Shown here piece after piece: positions 18,545 through 29,607 of a stretch of DNA of 64,000 bases. How positions within the stretch are numbered: position 1 is the stretch's first letter; each line of letters opens with the position of its first letter. Location: the sequence record SRR22947725_3552, one strand, 5' to 3'. A program made the position numbers and the translations under genes. The notes beneath the pieces are model-generated. The model was given only the letters and a program-made list of their open reading frames with translations, was not told the DNA's origin and searched no databases.

Positions 18545-21500
18545 ATGACGACTGGATCTAGAAACAACAGAGCATGGCCATCTCTTTTGAGCTTGGTCAT
18601 ATCGATATGTGCCCTCTGCTCAATCAAAGGGGCAAGCCCCGATGGGAAAGAGCGTCAATTCATTGAAAACCCCCGACAACTCATTCTGGCCGGAAGACGA
18701 AGCGGAGAAGGTTATTTTTCCAAGGATGGCACCAAGTTGGTTTTTCAGGCGGAGCGAGACGATTCCAACCCATTTTTTCAGATCTATTCCCTCGACTTGA
18801 CAAATGGAGAGATGACACGAGTTTCTCCAGGGATTGGGAAAACAACCTGCTCCTATTTTCATCCAAACGGAAGTCAAATTCTATTTGCCTCCACGCATCA
18901 CGATCCCCAAGCACTTCAAAAGCAACAGGCAGAGCTTGAGTTGCGCCAATCGGGCAAGGAACGACGTTATGCCTGGGATTACGATGCAACGATGGACATC
19001 TTCTCCTCGACACTAAACAGTGCCTCCTCCCCCCTCCAACTAACGAACAGCAAGGGTTACGATGCCGAAGGATCGTATTCCCCGAATGGAGACTGGATCG
19101 CTTTTTGTTCGGTCAGGCATGCTTTTCCCATCGAACAATTATCGCCAGAGCTGCGGAAGCGGTATGAGATTGATCCATCACACTTTGGAGAAATCTATTT
19201 GATGCGATCAGATGGCACCCAGACAAAACGTTTGACCAACCACGATGGATATGATGGAGGCCCTTTCTTTTCACCTGATGGTAAACGTATTGTTTGGAGA
19301 AGGTTCGATCAAGAGGGAATCAATGCGGACATCATGACGATGAATCTTGAAGGGAGTGATGTCAGACAAATCACACAAGACTTTGGAATGGCATGGGCGC
19401 CGTTTTACCACCCATCCAATGAATACATCATCTTCACATCCAATCGAGAGGGTTTTTCAAATTTTGAACTCTTCATCGTGGATCGATTAGGCTATCGCGA
19501 ACCAATTCAAGTATCGTTTACTGATGGTTTTGATGGATTGCCAGTGTTTTCGCCGGATGGCACAAATTTAGTGTGGACCTCAAACAGGTATGCATCCCAA
19601 CCAGGATCCAAGGACAAGGGGCATCTTTTCATTTCGGATTGGAATCACGAGGCAGCAAGGCTTGCACTCAGGAAATCACCTATCCGCCAGAAGGCGAGAC
19701 CAAAGTCTGCGAAACAAGTCAACGGAGGACGATTCCCCAATACCCCTCCTCTTGAAATTGAGGCGATACCGGGCATCGCTGCCCAAAGAAACACCAGAGT
19801 AGTGATAAAGGAACCTGAACTTTCTCCGTTGATTACCGAGGAAGATCTGAAAAAGCATGTTTACTTTTTGGCATCGGATACACTTGAAGGACGCATGACC
19901 GGGGAAAAAGGGTCTCGCTTGGCAGCCAAATATATTGCGAGATCACTCAAACAAATCGGAATTGAGCCAATGACTTCACTGAATGGTTATTACCAGCCAT
20001 TTGATTTCAGCTCGGGGGTTGAGGTCAACACCGCTAACACTTCTCTTTTATGGAAAAACACATCAGAAGAAAGCGCGCAAGAGACACGCAGTGATCTCGT
20101 ATTGGGTGTTGATTTCCGCCCACTAGCATTTTCCTCGAATGGTGATTTCAGTGGTGAGCTGGTTTTTGCCGGTTATGGCCTTAAAGTGCCGGGAGAAGGC
20201 GCAGAAAGTTACAACTCCTACGCTGGCTTGAATGTGTCAAACAAAGTAGCTCTCGTGCTGAGGTATGTTCCAGAGGGAGTCAGCAGCGCGCGTCGTGCCG
20301 TATTGAACCGATATGCTTCTCTGCGCTACAAAGCCATGATTGCCAGAGAACAAGGGGCCAAAGGCATTTTGATTGTGAGTGGTCCAAACTCACCCAACCC
20401 AGGCAAACTGATCCCGATGCGTTCCGACCAGAGCCTTGGTGATTCAGGAATACTGGCCGCAAGCATCAACAGCGATACCGCTGATGCCTGGCTTAGCTCA
20501 AGTGGACAAAATTTAAAAAAATTACAAACCGGCCTTGATCAGGAAAACCCCCACGCTATGGGGGCATTGGAAATTCCTGAAAGCAAGGTTCACTTATCCA
20601 TTCAATTGAACAGGCTCAGGAAGCAAGACAATAATGTGGTTGGGGTTTTACACCCGCCTAGACCTGATTCTGCTGCACCTGAATACATTATGTTGGGGGC
20701 TCATTACGATCACCTTGGGTTTGGAGAAGTGGGTGGATTTAACGCCAAAGGAGAGGAAAAAATGATTCACAATGGCGCTGATGATAACGCATCCGGAGTC
20801 GCTGCTGTGTTGGAAATGGCAGGCGCGATCCGCCAGCAATTGATCAAAGCACCCAATTCAATAAAAAAAGGTGTGATATTCAGCTTTTGGTCAGGAGAGG
20901 AATTAGGCTTGATTGGATCCACCCATTTCGCAGATCAACCTCCAATGCCTTTGGAGCGTATAAAGGCTTATTTGAATTTCGATATGGTGGGCCGGTTAAG
21001 GGAAAATCGGCTCACTCTCCAGGGAACAGGCAGCTCCGGTGAATGGAAGTCATTCATTGAAAAATGGAATATCATCAGTGGTTTTCAATTGATATTGCAG
21101 GACGATCCTTACCTTCCAACCGACACGACAGCTTTTTACCCTCAGGGAATCCCCGTGTTATCATTTTTCACCGGTAGTCACGAGGAATATCACCGCCCTG
21201 CAGATGATCCGGATACTCTGAATTGGAGAGGATTACTTAGAATAAGTCAATTTGCCGCCAAAGCGGTCAAAAGCCTGATCGATAATGAATCACCAGAATT
21301 AACTTACGCAGAAGTAGCTCCGATCCAAAATGGAGGGCAAAGGGATACACTGAGGGTATATTTGGGGACGATTCCGGATTACACATCAGAAACCGAAGGT
21401 GTGAAGTTGACTGGAGTCAGAGCTGGAGGTCCAGCTGATAAAGCCGGGCTCAAGGCGGGTGATGTCATCACCTCACTGGCAGGTAAACCGATTAAAAATA

Positions 21501-21616
21501 TTTACGACTACACTTATGCATTGGACGCTGCAACGATCGGTAAACCCACAGAAATAACCATTCTACGGTCGAACGTACCGATTCAAAAAAACATTGTTCC
21601 AATAGCTAGGCCGTAG
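18545..21616 (+). CDS. M28 family peptidase with TolB-like (PD40) propeller, PA and PDZ domains
   Basis: PD40 repeats (GYDAEGSYSPNG, GYDGGPFFSPDG, FDGLPVFSPDG); PA region LVFAGYG; M28 motifs GAHYDHLG, GADDNASG, SGEELGLIGS, NFDMVG; C-terminal PDZ GGPADKAGLKAGDVI. Confidence 0.9.
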   Translation: MTTGSRNNRAWPSLLSLVISICALCSIKGASPDGKERQFIENPRQLILAGRRSGEGYFSKDGTKLVFQAERDDSNPFFQIYSLDLTNGEMTRVSPGIGKTTCSYFHPNGSQILFASTHHDPQALQKQQAELELRQSGKERRYAWDYDATMDIFSSTLNSASSPLQLTNSKGYDAEGSYSPNGDWIAFCSVRHAFPIEQLSPELRKRYEIDPSHFGEIYLMRSDGTQTKRLTNHDGYDGGPFFSPDGKRIVWRRFDQEGINADIMTMNLEGSDVRQITQDFGMAWAPFYHPSNEYIIFTSNREGFSNFELFIVDRLGYREPIQVSFTDGFDGLPVFSPDGTNLVWTSNRYASQPGSKDKGHLFISDWNHEAARLALRKSPIRQKARPKSAKQVNGGRFPNTPPLEIEAIPGIAAQRNTRVVIKEPELSPLITEEDLKKHVYFLASDTLEGRMTGEKGSRLAAKYIARSLKQIGIEPMTSLNGYYQPFDFSSGVEVNTANTSLLWKNTSEESAQETRSDLVLGVDFRPLAFSSNGDFSGELVFAGYGLKVPGEGAESYNSYAGLNVSNKVALVLRYVPEGVSSARRAVLNRYASLRYKAMIAREQGAKGILIVSGPNSPNPGKLIPMRSDQSLGDSGILAASINSDTADAWLSSSGQNLKKLQTGLDQENPHAMGALEIPESKVHLSIQLNRLRKQDNNVVGVLHPPRPDSAAPEYIMLGAHYDHLGFGEVGGFNAKGEEKMIHNGADDNASGVAAVLEMAGAIRQQLIKAPNSIKKGVIFSFWSGEELGLIGSTHFADQPPMPLERIKAYLNFDMVGRLRENRLTLQGTGSSGEWKSFIEKWNIISGFQLILQDDPYLPTDTTAFYPQGIPVLSFFTGSHEEYHRPADDPDTLNWRGLLRISQFAAKAVKSLIDNESPELTYAEVAPIQNGGQRDTLRVYLGTIPDYTSETEGVKLTGVRAGGPADKAGLKAGDVITSLAGKPIKNIYDYTYALDAATIGKPTEITILRSNVPIQKNIVPIARP

Positions 21617-21867
21617 CCCTCTTCTTAGGCATGAATCCTGCAATGAGGCCATAATGCTGCAAATGGACACTATATAATCAATGCAAAAAAATTGCATTCG
21701 CAATTTATTTAACTTTTTTGCACACTCACATAAAACGGAGATAGGATTTATTTCCTTAAACATTTTAACTGTTTCATTCAGAAACAGGCGTGGAATAGCT
21801 CAAAAACGTCGATTCTTGTGCGAACCGACCGTAGCGAAGCCGTGTCTGATACTTCAAAATTATATCC

Positions 21868-22908
21868 ATGAGAATACTGGTAACTGGTGGAGCGGGCTTT
21901 ATAGGATCAAATCTGATCGGGCATCTTCTGATACAACCTGAAGTCGAAAAAGTAGTCAATCTTGATGCCCTTACCTATGCGGGGAATTCAGTGAGCCTGA
22001 AACATTTGGAAACCAGCAACCGTTACCACTTCAAAAAGGGCCAAATTCAAGACCGCTTAATGGTGTCCAAATTACTGAGAGAGAAGAATATCACGCATGT
22101 CATGAACCTAGCAGCAGAATCGCATGTGGATCGATCCATCGAGGGACCTGATGCTTTTGTTCAGACCAACATCGTGGGGACTTTTGAACTTTTGGAAGCA
22201 TGCAGGAGTTATGAAAAAGAAATCTGCAACAAAATCAAATTTCTGCATATCTCCACAGACGAAGTGTTTGGCAGTTTGGGAAATGAAGGGAAATTTACTG
22301 AATCTACGCCATATGCACCCAATTCTCCTTATGCAGCAAGCAAAGCGGCTTCTGACATGCTGGTGAGATCTTACCATAAAACTTACGACCTGGATTGTGT
22401 CATCACGAACTGCTCAAACAACTACGGCCCCTACCAGTTCCCGGAGAAGCTGATACCGCTGGTTATCATGAAAGCCACGCGAGGGGAATCCATCCCTGTT
22501 TACGGAAAAGGAGATAATGTAAGGGACTGGCTCTATGTCACTGATCATGCTGAGGCACTTTTTAGAGCTGCAGCAAAGGGGCTTCCAGGTGAAACATACA
22601 ACATCGGAGGAGATCAAGAGGTTCAAAATATTGATCTGGTTAATGGCATTTGCACCGCCCTCGACCATAAATGCCCCAAAAATGGAGGAGGAAGCTACGC
22701 CGAGCAGATTCAATTTGTGCCGGACAGACCGGGGCACGATTTCCGATATGCTATCGACGCTTCCAAGATCAAAAAAGATCTAGGCTGGTCACCGGAATAT
22801 AATATCAAGAGCGGACTTGAGGCCACCATCGATTGGTATCTGAAAAACACAGACTGGTGCGAATCAGTATTGAGCAGAGGTTACGAACTGCAACGGCTTG
22901 GTCTTTAA
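21868..22908 (+). CDS. rfbB: dTDP-glucose 4,6-dehydratase
   Basis: [55 protein letters not shown]. Confidence 0.97.
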   Translation: MRILVTGGAGFIGSNLIGHLLIQPEVEKVVNLDALTYAGNSVSLKHLETSNRYHFKKGQIQDRLMVSKLLREKNITHVMNLAAESHVDRSIEGPDAFVQTNIVGTFELLEACRSYEKEICNKIKFLHISTDEVFGSLGNEGKFTESTPYAPNSPYAASKAASDMLVRSYHKTYDLDCVITNCSNNYGPYQFPEKLIPLVIMKATRGESIPVYGKGDNVRDWLYVTDHAEALFRAAAKGLPGETYNIGGDQEVQNIDLVNGICTALDHKCPKNGGGSYAEQIQFVPDRPGHDFRYAIDASKIKKDLGWSPEYNIKSGLEATIDWYLKNTDWCESVLSRGYELQRLGL

Positions 22909-22928
22909 AGTTTTACCAGATCAAATTC

Positions 22929-23822
22929 ATGAACTCGCAAAAACGAAAAGGAATCATTCTTGCCGGAGGTGCTGGCACTCGTTTACACCCTGCGACACTT
23001 TCTGTGTCCAAGCAGCTTTTGCCAATCTACGATAAGCCCATGATCTATTATCCGCTGAGCACACTGATGCTGGCAGACATACAAGAGATACTCATTATCT
23101 CAACTCCTCGGGATTTACCTCACTTCAAGGAACTTCTGGGTAATGGTAGTCAATGGGGATTACGCTTCGCTTATGAAGAACAACCTTCCCCTGAAGGAAT
23201 TGCTCAAGCCTTTATTATCGGGGAATCTTTTCTGGACGATGCTCCCTGCTCTCTGGTTTTGGGGGATAATATCTTTTACGGTCATCAAATGACTGAACTG
23301 CTTACAGGAGCCTCGGCACATACGAAAGGGGCATCAGTATTTGCCTATCGAGTCACAGACCCAGAACGATATGGAGTCGTTGAATTCGATTCCAACATGA
23401 AGGCTGAAAAGCTCGTGGAGAAACCCAAATCACCGGGTTCCCCCTATGCAGTTACTGGACTTTATTTTTATGATACGACGGTTGTTGAGAGAGCAAAAAA
23501 CCTCCAACCCTCTGCACGCGGTGAGTTGGAAATAACAGATTTGAATAACTCATACCTGGATGATGATTCCCTGAATGTGATTCCATTAGGGCGCGGCACG
23601 GCATGGCTCGATACCGGCACCCATGATTCCCTTCTGGAAGCAGGGCAATTTGTGGCCACTATTGAAAAAAGACAAGGCCTGAAAGTTGGAAGCCCCGAAG
23701 AAGTTGCCTGGAGAAAAGGATGGATCAGCGATAAGGCATTATCAAAGCTTGGAAGTCGTTACAGCAATAATGCCTACGGATCCTATCTCCAGAATTTAGC
23801 CCAGCAGAAATCCGATTTATAG
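22929..23822 (+). CDS. rfbA: Glucose-1-phosphate thymidylyltransferase
   Basis: [46 protein letters not shown]. Confidence 0.97.
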   Translation: MNSQKRKGIILAGGAGTRLHPATLSVSKQLLPIYDKPMIYYPLSTLMLADIQEILIISTPRDLPHFKELLGNGSQWGLRFAYEEQPSPEGIAQAFIIGESFLDDAPCSLVLGDNIFYGHQMTELLTGASAHTKGASVFAYRVTDPERYGVVEFDSNMKAEKLVEKPKSPGSPYAVTGLYFYDTTVVERAKNLQPSARGELEITDLNNSYLDDDSLNVIPLGRGTAWLDTGTHDSLLEAGQFVATIEKRQGLKVGSPEEVAWRKGWISDKALSKLGSRYSNNAYGSYLQNLAQQKSDL

Positions 23823-23848
23823 TCGGATAAAATCAATTTTTCTGGCCG

Positions 23849-24406
23849 ATGCCTTTTGAATTCAAACGCGCCCCGCTCGATGGTTTGTGGATCATTAAGC
23901 CCAAGAGGTATGGTGACAACCGTGGTTACTTTGAGGAATGCTATCAATCAGAAGTTTTTGCTGATCAGGGGATCAGTGAACCGTTTGTTCAGGACAACCA
24001 ATCTTATTCTCAAAAAGGAGCTATACGTGGATTACACTTTCAGAAACCTCCGTATGCTCAAGCTAAGCTCGTTCGCGCTGTGACAGGCAGAATTTTGGAC
24101 GTGGTCATTGATATCAGATCAACTTCCAAGACATTTGGTAATCACTTTTCTATTGAATTAGACGAAGTGGATGGAGAAATGCTTTATCTACCTGAGGGAT
24201 TTGCGCATGGTTTTGCCGTACTTTCCAATGAAGCATTAGTGCATTATAAAACAAGCCGATATTACAATCCAGAAGCTGAGGGCGGCATTATTTGGAATGA
24301 TCCTGACCTTCAAATTGATTGGAAAACGGAGAATCCCTGCCTGTCAAACAAAGACGCGCAGTTACCTTCTTTTAAAGTTTTGATGGAATCCTGCTCTCCA
24401 TCTTAA
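23849..24406 (+). CDS. rfbC: dTDP-4-dehydrorhamnose 3,5-epimerase
   Basis: DNRGYF, FVQDNQSYS, RGLHFQ, QAKLV, PEGFAHGF. Confidence 0.96.
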   Translation: MPFEFKRAPLDGLWIIKPKRYGDNRGYFEECYQSEVFADQGISEPFVQDNQSYSQKGAIRGLHFQKPPYAQAKLVRAVTGRILDVVIDIRSTSKTFGNHFSIELDEVDGEMLYLPEGFAHGFAVLSNEALVHYKTSRYYNPEAEGGIIWNDPDLQIDWKTENPCLSNKDAQLPSFKVLMESCSPS

Positions 24407-24434
24407 TACTCAGAAGGCCCTGGCTTTTCAAAAA

Positions 24435-25283
24435 ATGAAAATCGCAATCTCAGGAGTTGGCGGCCAACTTGGTTCATTCTTCAGCTCGCAACTGAAACAT
24501 GCCGGTGAGTTTTTTGATGGGTATTCACGAGAAGATTGGAATATCCTTTCAAAGAAGGATTCAGAAAAAATTTTGGCATCCGGCAAATACGATACCTTGA
24601 TCAATTGCGCGGCATACACGGACGTAGAAAAAGCCGAAACAGATCAGACGTCATGTATCGATATCAATGCCTGTGCCTTGAAACACCTATCAGAACAATG
24701 CAGGAAGCATGGTATCCTTTTCGTGCATTTCAGCACAGATTATATTTTTGACGGCATGTCCCAAAAACCCTATCAGGAAACGGACAAACCCAACCCAATC
24801 AATATCTATGGTGCCAGCAAGCTCGAGGGTGAACGAATCATACAAGCATCAGGCTGCAGGTATTTAATTGGAAGATTAAGTTGGCTTTTTGGAGGAAAAG
24901 ACTCTGGATTCACTTCCAAATTGCAGAAGTGGCGCGATGAACACAATGTTTTGAAAATAACCTCTGACGAAGTTTCGGTTCCAACTTTTGCAGGGCATGT
25001 TCCAAATGTCATTTTATCAGCCGTTGAAAAGAATCTTGAAGGAGTTTTTCATATCAACAATAGTGGAAGCTGCAGTCGCTATGAGTGGGCCCGTTATTTT
25101 GCAGAACAAAACAATTGGACTAATACCATAATCAAACCTGCTCTCATGAGTTCATTTAAAACTCAAGCCAGACGCCCAGGCTTTTCAGTCATGTGCAATA
25201 AGAAAATTCAAGCTATTTGCAGGAAACCCATCCCTGAATGGAAGCTGGCCGTCAAAGAATCCATTCAAAAGGAGATTCAATGA
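24435..25283 (+). CDS. rfbD: dTDP-4-dehydrorhamnose reductase
   Basis: GVGGQLG, INCAAYTDVEKAE, HFSTDYIFDG, PINIYGASKLEGE, ARRP. Confidence 0.95.
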   Translation: MKIAISGVGGQLGSFFSSQLKHAGEFFDGYSREDWNILSKKDSEKILASGKYDTLINCAAYTDVEKAETDQTSCIDINACALKHLSEQCRKHGILFVHFSTDYIFDGMSQKPYQETDKPNPINIYGASKLEGERIIQASGCRYLIGRLSWLFGGKDSGFTSKLQKWRDEHNVLKITSDEVSVPTFAGHVPNVILSAVEKNLEGVFHINNSGSCSRYEWARYFAEQNNWTNTIIKPALMSSFKTQARRPGFSVMCNKKIQAICRKPIPEWKLAVKESIQKEIQ

Positions 25284-26221
25284 GCGGAAAACAAACCATA
25301 CTTATTACTGGTGGAGCAGGTTTTGTTGGAAGCTGGCTCGTTGATAAATTCATTGGCAAAAATGATGTAAACATCATCATTGTCGATGACTTATCAACAG
25401 GAAGTAAAAACAACCTACCTCAAGTTCACAGCGACCGATGGACATTTATTAAATGTGACATCAATAATTACAGGGAAATTTCAGCTGTCATGCTGGCTTT
25501 CCGATTTGATTATGTTTTTCATTATGCTGCCGTTGTAGGCGTTCAACGCACTCTTGATAACCCTTCTGCTGTTTTGAAAGACATTGAAGGTCTAAAAAAT
25601 ATTTTAGAATTGAGTAAAAACACGGGCGTTAAGCGTATTTTTTATTCTTCCTCGTCAGAAGTATATGGTGAGCCCGTTGAAATGCCGCAAAATGAAAAAA
25701 CGACACCTTTGAATTCTCGTCTGCCTTACGCAGTTGTCAAAAACCTGGGTGAAGTCATGCTCAGGACTTATCAATCGGAATATGGGTTAAACTATACAAT
25801 CTTCCGCCTCTTCAACACGTATGGCCCCAGACAAAGCCCGGATTTCGTTATTTCAAAATTCATAAGGAAGGCTTTAGCAGGAGAGGACGTGACCATATAC
25901 GGTGATGGCAACCAGACTCGAACCTTTTGTTTTATTGAAGATCACATCCTGGCGACTTTTTCAGCATATGAAGGCAATCAATTCATCAATGATGTTGTGA
26001 ACATCGGGAACGATGTGCAGATAAATGTAGTAGAGTTAGCTGAAATAATTATCAGGCAAACCAATTCCAACTCTAAAATCAAATACCTCCCTGCCCTTCC
26101 TGATGGAGATATGCAAAGAAGGCAACCAGATGTTACCAATATGATTGGATTGATGAATCGTACTTTCACGCCCTTGGAAAAAGGACTTGAAAAAACGATA
26201 CTTTCTTTGCCCTGCAACTAA
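25280..26221 (+). CDS. NAD-dependent nucleotide-sugar epimerase/dehydratase (UDP-GlcA decarboxylase-like SDR)
   Basis: TGGAGFVGS, SSSEVYG, YAVVK, RLFNTYGPRQ, GDGNQTRTF; AGGAG RBS and ATGA overlap with the rfbD stop. Confidence 0.88.
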   Translation: MSGKQTILITGGAGFVGSWLVDKFIGKNDVNIIIVDDLSTGSKNNLPQVHSDRWTFIKCDINNYREISAVMLAFRFDYVFHYAAVVGVQRTLDNPSAVLKDIEGLKNILELSKNTGVKRIFYSSSSEVYGEPVEMPQNEKTTPLNSRLPYAVVKNLGEVMLRTYQSEYGLNYTIFRLFNTYGPRQSPDFVISKFIRKALAGEDVTIYGDGNQTRTFCFIEDHILATFSAYEGNQFINDVVNIGNDVQINVVELAEIIIRQTNSNSKIKYLPALPDGDMQRRQPDVTNMIGLMNRTFTPLEKGLEKTILSLPCN

Positions 26222-26227
26222 ACAAAG

Positions 26228-27280
26228 TTGATGTCAGCAGAGTCTTACAGCAAAAAAACTGAAAACAGCACCCCCTCACCAAGGGCTGATTGGGAAGTGG
26301 CAATCATTATCGTCGCATACGAAGGAGACGCGTGGATTCCTGACTGCATAGAAAGCTTGAAAGCATCCACCCAGATCAATGCGCTCGTCCTGTTGATTGA
26401 TAACAAGGATAATACAAAGTTAATATCAGGAAAAACCGGATCATTGACCATCCACTGCTTCAAGACCCCCCACCCGATGGGCTTTGCAGATGCAAACAAT
26501 TTTGCATTAATGAAGGTTCCATCGTCTGTGCCAAACATTTGTTTTCTAAATCAAGACACGCTCAGTCAGCAAAAATGGTTGGAGGAGGGATTAAATTGTC
26601 TGCATCAAAACCCCAAACTCGGAGCTGTCAGTCCCATGTTAAAAAATTATCAAGGAACTGACTGGGACAAGGAATTTCAATTTTTACTGAAGAACCAACC
26701 AGAATTTAAGAGCGACTGGTTAAATTACTCCGATCATCACTCTGTAGCAAAAACCCACTTGGTTGACGACATCCCGGCTACTGCAATGATTGTCAAAACA
26801 GAGGTTATCAAGCAATCCGGCCCCTTTGATAATATCTTCGGCAGTTATTACGAAGATTTCGACCTTTGTATGCGGATTAGAAAATTGGGGTATCATATTG
26901 CTATTTGCCCTCAATCAATTCTTTTTCATTATTCTGGATCCATTTCGCAAACGGAGGAAGCACGGAGGAAGAGGTCTCGCTGGTTAATCAGAAACAGGAC
27001 TGTTCTCAAAATCAGAAGCAGCCGCGGACCCAGATGGCTTAAAGCACTGAGACATCTAATTATAAACGGATCCCTCCAAACAATAAGAGCGATCCTGAGA
27101 ACTCCAAGTTCTTCGCCACTGCGTTCGGTGGCAATGGCACATATTGATTTGATCGGAATCTTACCGAGGCTGTGCTCTTGTAAAATTGACAAAAAAAAAT
27201 GGGATCAATTTCTAGAAGAAATTAATTGGGAGTCTTTTGCCACTCAGCACCATTCCCTGAATGAAAATTTTACACATTAA
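26228..27280 (+). CDS. Glycosyltransferase family 2 (rhamnosyltransferase-like)
   Basis: IIIVAY, GFADANN, FLNQD, YYEDFDLCMRIRKLGY. Confidence 0.88.
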   Translation: MMSAESYSKKTENSTPSPRADWEVAIIIVAYEGDAWIPDCIESLKASTQINALVLLIDNKDNTKLISGKTGSLTIHCFKTPHPMGFADANNFALMKVPSSVPNICFLNQDTLSQQKWLEEGLNCLHQNPKLGAVSPMLKNYQGTDWDKEFQFLLKNQPEFKSDWLNYSDHHSVAKTHLVDDIPATAMIVKTEVIKQSGPFDNIFGSYYEDFDLCMRIRKLGYHIAICPQSILFHYSGSISQTEEARRKRSRWLIRNRTVLKIRSSRGPRWLKALRHLIINGSLQTIRAILRTPSSSPLRSVAMAHIDLIGILPRLCSCKIDKKKWDQFLEEINWESFATQHHSLNENFTH

Positions 27281-28445
27281 CGAACATTCACTCACAAAAG
27301 GGGGGGCAGAGGCCTACTTGTTCGATTTAATCAAGCGTTTAGAAATCCGGGGTCACGAATGTTATTTAGCATATGCAAAAGAGGAGCCTGATTTTGACAT
27401 TTCCTCGATCAGATTACCGAGCATAGGTCAGGTATCGGCAATTAATCTTGAGAGGGACTTGGCGTCATTACAAAGTTTTATCAACAAAGTCAGCCCTGAC
27501 CTGATTCACATTCACGGCATATGGAATATTGAAGTCATCGAGGCATGCCTCAAGCTAAAACCTTGCCTGATGACAGGCCACGATTATCGATGGTTATGCC
27601 CCGATTCCAAATTTTATTGGAAACGAACACAGAGTCCTTGCAGCAGGGCCCCCGGGTGGTTGTGTGCGCCATCTAGTTTAAAACACAAGTGCGTGACTCT
27701 TCGGCCGCACCTTCTGACGCGAAACATTCAAAGAATCCAAAGATTCAAACGGCTGATTCCAGAGATTCGAGCGGTCGTTACAGCTAGTCGATATGTAGCC
27801 AACAGATTCAGAGCATCATCCTTTCCTGAAGTAAAAACCCACATCATTCCCTATTATTGCTCATTCAGCCCGCTTGACTCTCCCAGAAAACTCCCCAAGG
27901 AGAAATCCATCTCAATCATAGGTAGGACAGCTGATTATAAGGGAATTGATTACTTCCTTTCGTCGCTAGGAAAATTACCCGCAGATGTACGCGGCTTCAT
28001 CATGGGAGATATCAACGAAGAAAAGGAAAAATCTATCCTGGAAATGGCGAGAAACGCCCATTGCGAGGATAGAGTCACTCTTGAAAAATGGTCAGATCGT
28101 AAAGGAGTTGCATTGTTATTGAAAAAGACCTCGATACTTATTTTCCCTTCCATCTGGCCTGAGCCTTTCGGAATCACCGGGATAGAAGCCATGGCCTTTG
28201 GAATTCCTGTCATTGGAAGTGATATTGGAGGAATCCCCGACTGGGTGGATCATGGAGTTACAGGTTATTTATGCCACCCAAAATCATCAGAAGAAATAGC
28301 CGCCTACGCCACCAAGCTTTTCAGCGATCAAGATTTGATGATCACCCTGGGTGTTGCCGGCCAAGAAAGTATTCGGGATAAATTCATCCCGGAAATACAC
28401 CTTAAGAAACTTGAGCAAGTCTATGCTTCCTGCCTCCAAGATTAA
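27261..28445 (+). CDS. Glycosyltransferase family 4
   Basis: KGGAE, HDYRWLCP, PSIWPEPFGITGIEAMAFGIPVIG. Confidence 0.9.
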   Translation: MKILHINEHSLTKGGAEAYLFDLIKRLEIRGHECYLAYAKEEPDFDISSIRLPSIGQVSAINLERDLASLQSFINKVSPDLIHIHGIWNIEVIEACLKLKPCLMTGHDYRWLCPDSKFYWKRTQSPCSRAPGWLCAPSSLKHKCVTLRPHLLTRNIQRIQRFKRLIPEIRAVVTASRYVANRFRASSFPEVKTHIIPYYCSFSPLDSPRKLPKEKSISIIGRTADYKGIDYFLSSLGKLPADVRGFIMGDINEEKEKSILEMARNAHCEDRVTLEKWSDRKGVALLLKKTSILIFPSIWPEPFGITGIEAMAFGIPVIGSDIGGIPDWVDHGVTGYLCHPKSSEEIAAYATKLFSDQDLMITLGVAGQESIRDKFIPEIHLKKLEQVYASCLQD

Positions 28446-29607
28446 AGTCGCCTTTTATTGCTTTTTTCCCGGTGGAGGAATTGGTCAATACACTCATGAA
28501 CTTCTGACACAATTAATGTGTCTGGAATCATTGACCGTCTCACTTTACTGTCCACCCAATTTTGAATGGTTGGACAAAGCAAAATATGAAACTCACCCTG
28601 TTTTATTCGAGATTTCGTCGAGCCAGCCACTCATCCGCAAAATGAAGTTCCTGATGGGGCAGTGGATAAATCCGAATCGATTCCTACATCATGCGATTAA
28701 ATCAAAAGCTCATATTGTTCACTTCAGTAATTTCAACCATTTGACTTATCCCGCCTGGAAAGGCTTTAAGACGAAAAATGCCCCATTAGTGCAGGCTTGC
28801 ACTGCACATGATGTCAAAAGAGCGGTTCCTATTTTAAACCGAAATTGGGAGACAAGGCAGTTACGTCAATTCTACAAAGATTGTCGAATAATTTTCGTTC
28901 ATGGTGAAAATCAAAAACAAGAATTGGAATCGTTTACAGGAAAAGGAAATTACAAAACGCTCATTGTACCCCATGGACCGTATGAGTTTCCAGGAAGTCA
29001 ACATTCACAGAAAACTAAATTTGAAAAAAAAGACAATCAAGCAAGCAAAGGTCTCTTTTTTGGAAATATCAGAGATGAAAAAAATCTTGATGGATTACTG
29101 AAAGCCCTTTCGATTGCCCCTGAAAATGTTCAATTGACAGTCGCTGGAAAATCTGGGATTTCGGGACATAAATCCATCCAATATTATCAAAACCTTGCAG
29201 ACTCACTGGGCCTCAAAGGCAAAATCCTGTGGCGAGATGGCCATATACCAGAAGATCAAGTTTCAGAACTCTTTCAATCATCAGACTGGGTTGCCCTTCC
29301 TTACAAAGACAAATTCACATCTCAGAGTGGCGTCTTTAACATAGCCACCCAGTATTCAAAACCAATGCTGATCACCCCTGCCCCGACATTTAAGGAAATA
29401 CTTGCAAAATATTCTTTGGGTGAATTAGCAATCAATGAAAGTCCCGGCGAAATGCAAAAAGCATTAAAACGACTGATTCAAGGAATAAAAACATCCAAAT
29501 ACGATGGATTTCAAAGTTATCAGGACTATCATACCTGGGAAAAGAACGCAGAATTAACCCAATCTGCTTACCAAGAGTCTGTGGATCCAAGAGTTGAATC
29601 AATATGA
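28423..29607 (+). CDS. Glycosyltransferase family 4
   Basis: GGIGQY, TAHDV, FFGNIRDEKN, LPY...SQSGV. Confidence 0.85.
   Translation: MLPASKIKVAFYCFFPGGGIGQYTHELLTQLMCLESLTVSLYCPPNFEWLDKAKYETHPVLFEISSSQPLIRKMKFLMGQWINPNRFLHHAIKSKAHIVHFSNFNHLTYPAWKGFKTKNAPLVQACTAHDVKRAVPILNRNWETRQLRQFYKDCRIIFVHGENQKQELESFTGKGNYKTLIVPHGPYEFPGSQHSQKTKFEKKDNQASKGLFFGNIRDEKNLDGLLKALSIAPENVQLTVAGKSGISGHKSIQYYQNLADSLGLKGKILWRDGHIPEDQVSELFQSSDWVALPYKDKFTSQSGVFNIATQYSKPMLITPAPTFKEILAKYSLGELAINESPGEMQKALKRLIQGIKTSKYDGFQSYQDYHTWEKNAELTQSAYQESVDPRVESI

Noticed and set aside
21827..21838. GACCGTAGCGAA, an ops/JUMPstart-like sequence 30 bp before rfbB
   Set aside because: Only 8 of 12 positions match GGCGGTAGCGTG, the conserved terminal TG is missing, and no RfaH/NusG paralogue is in the window.
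21787..21845. GGCGTGGAATAGCTCAA resembles a tRNA 5' end
   Set aside because: No D-loop GG, no anticodon stem and no GTTCRA T-loop or acceptor pairing follow.
27300..27306. G7 tract near the 5' end of a GT4 (also G7 at 31630-31636 and A9 at 27191-27199) as phase-variation sites
   Set aside because: The tracts are short, the genes are in frame, and they are explained by Gly-Gly or Lys-Lys codons.
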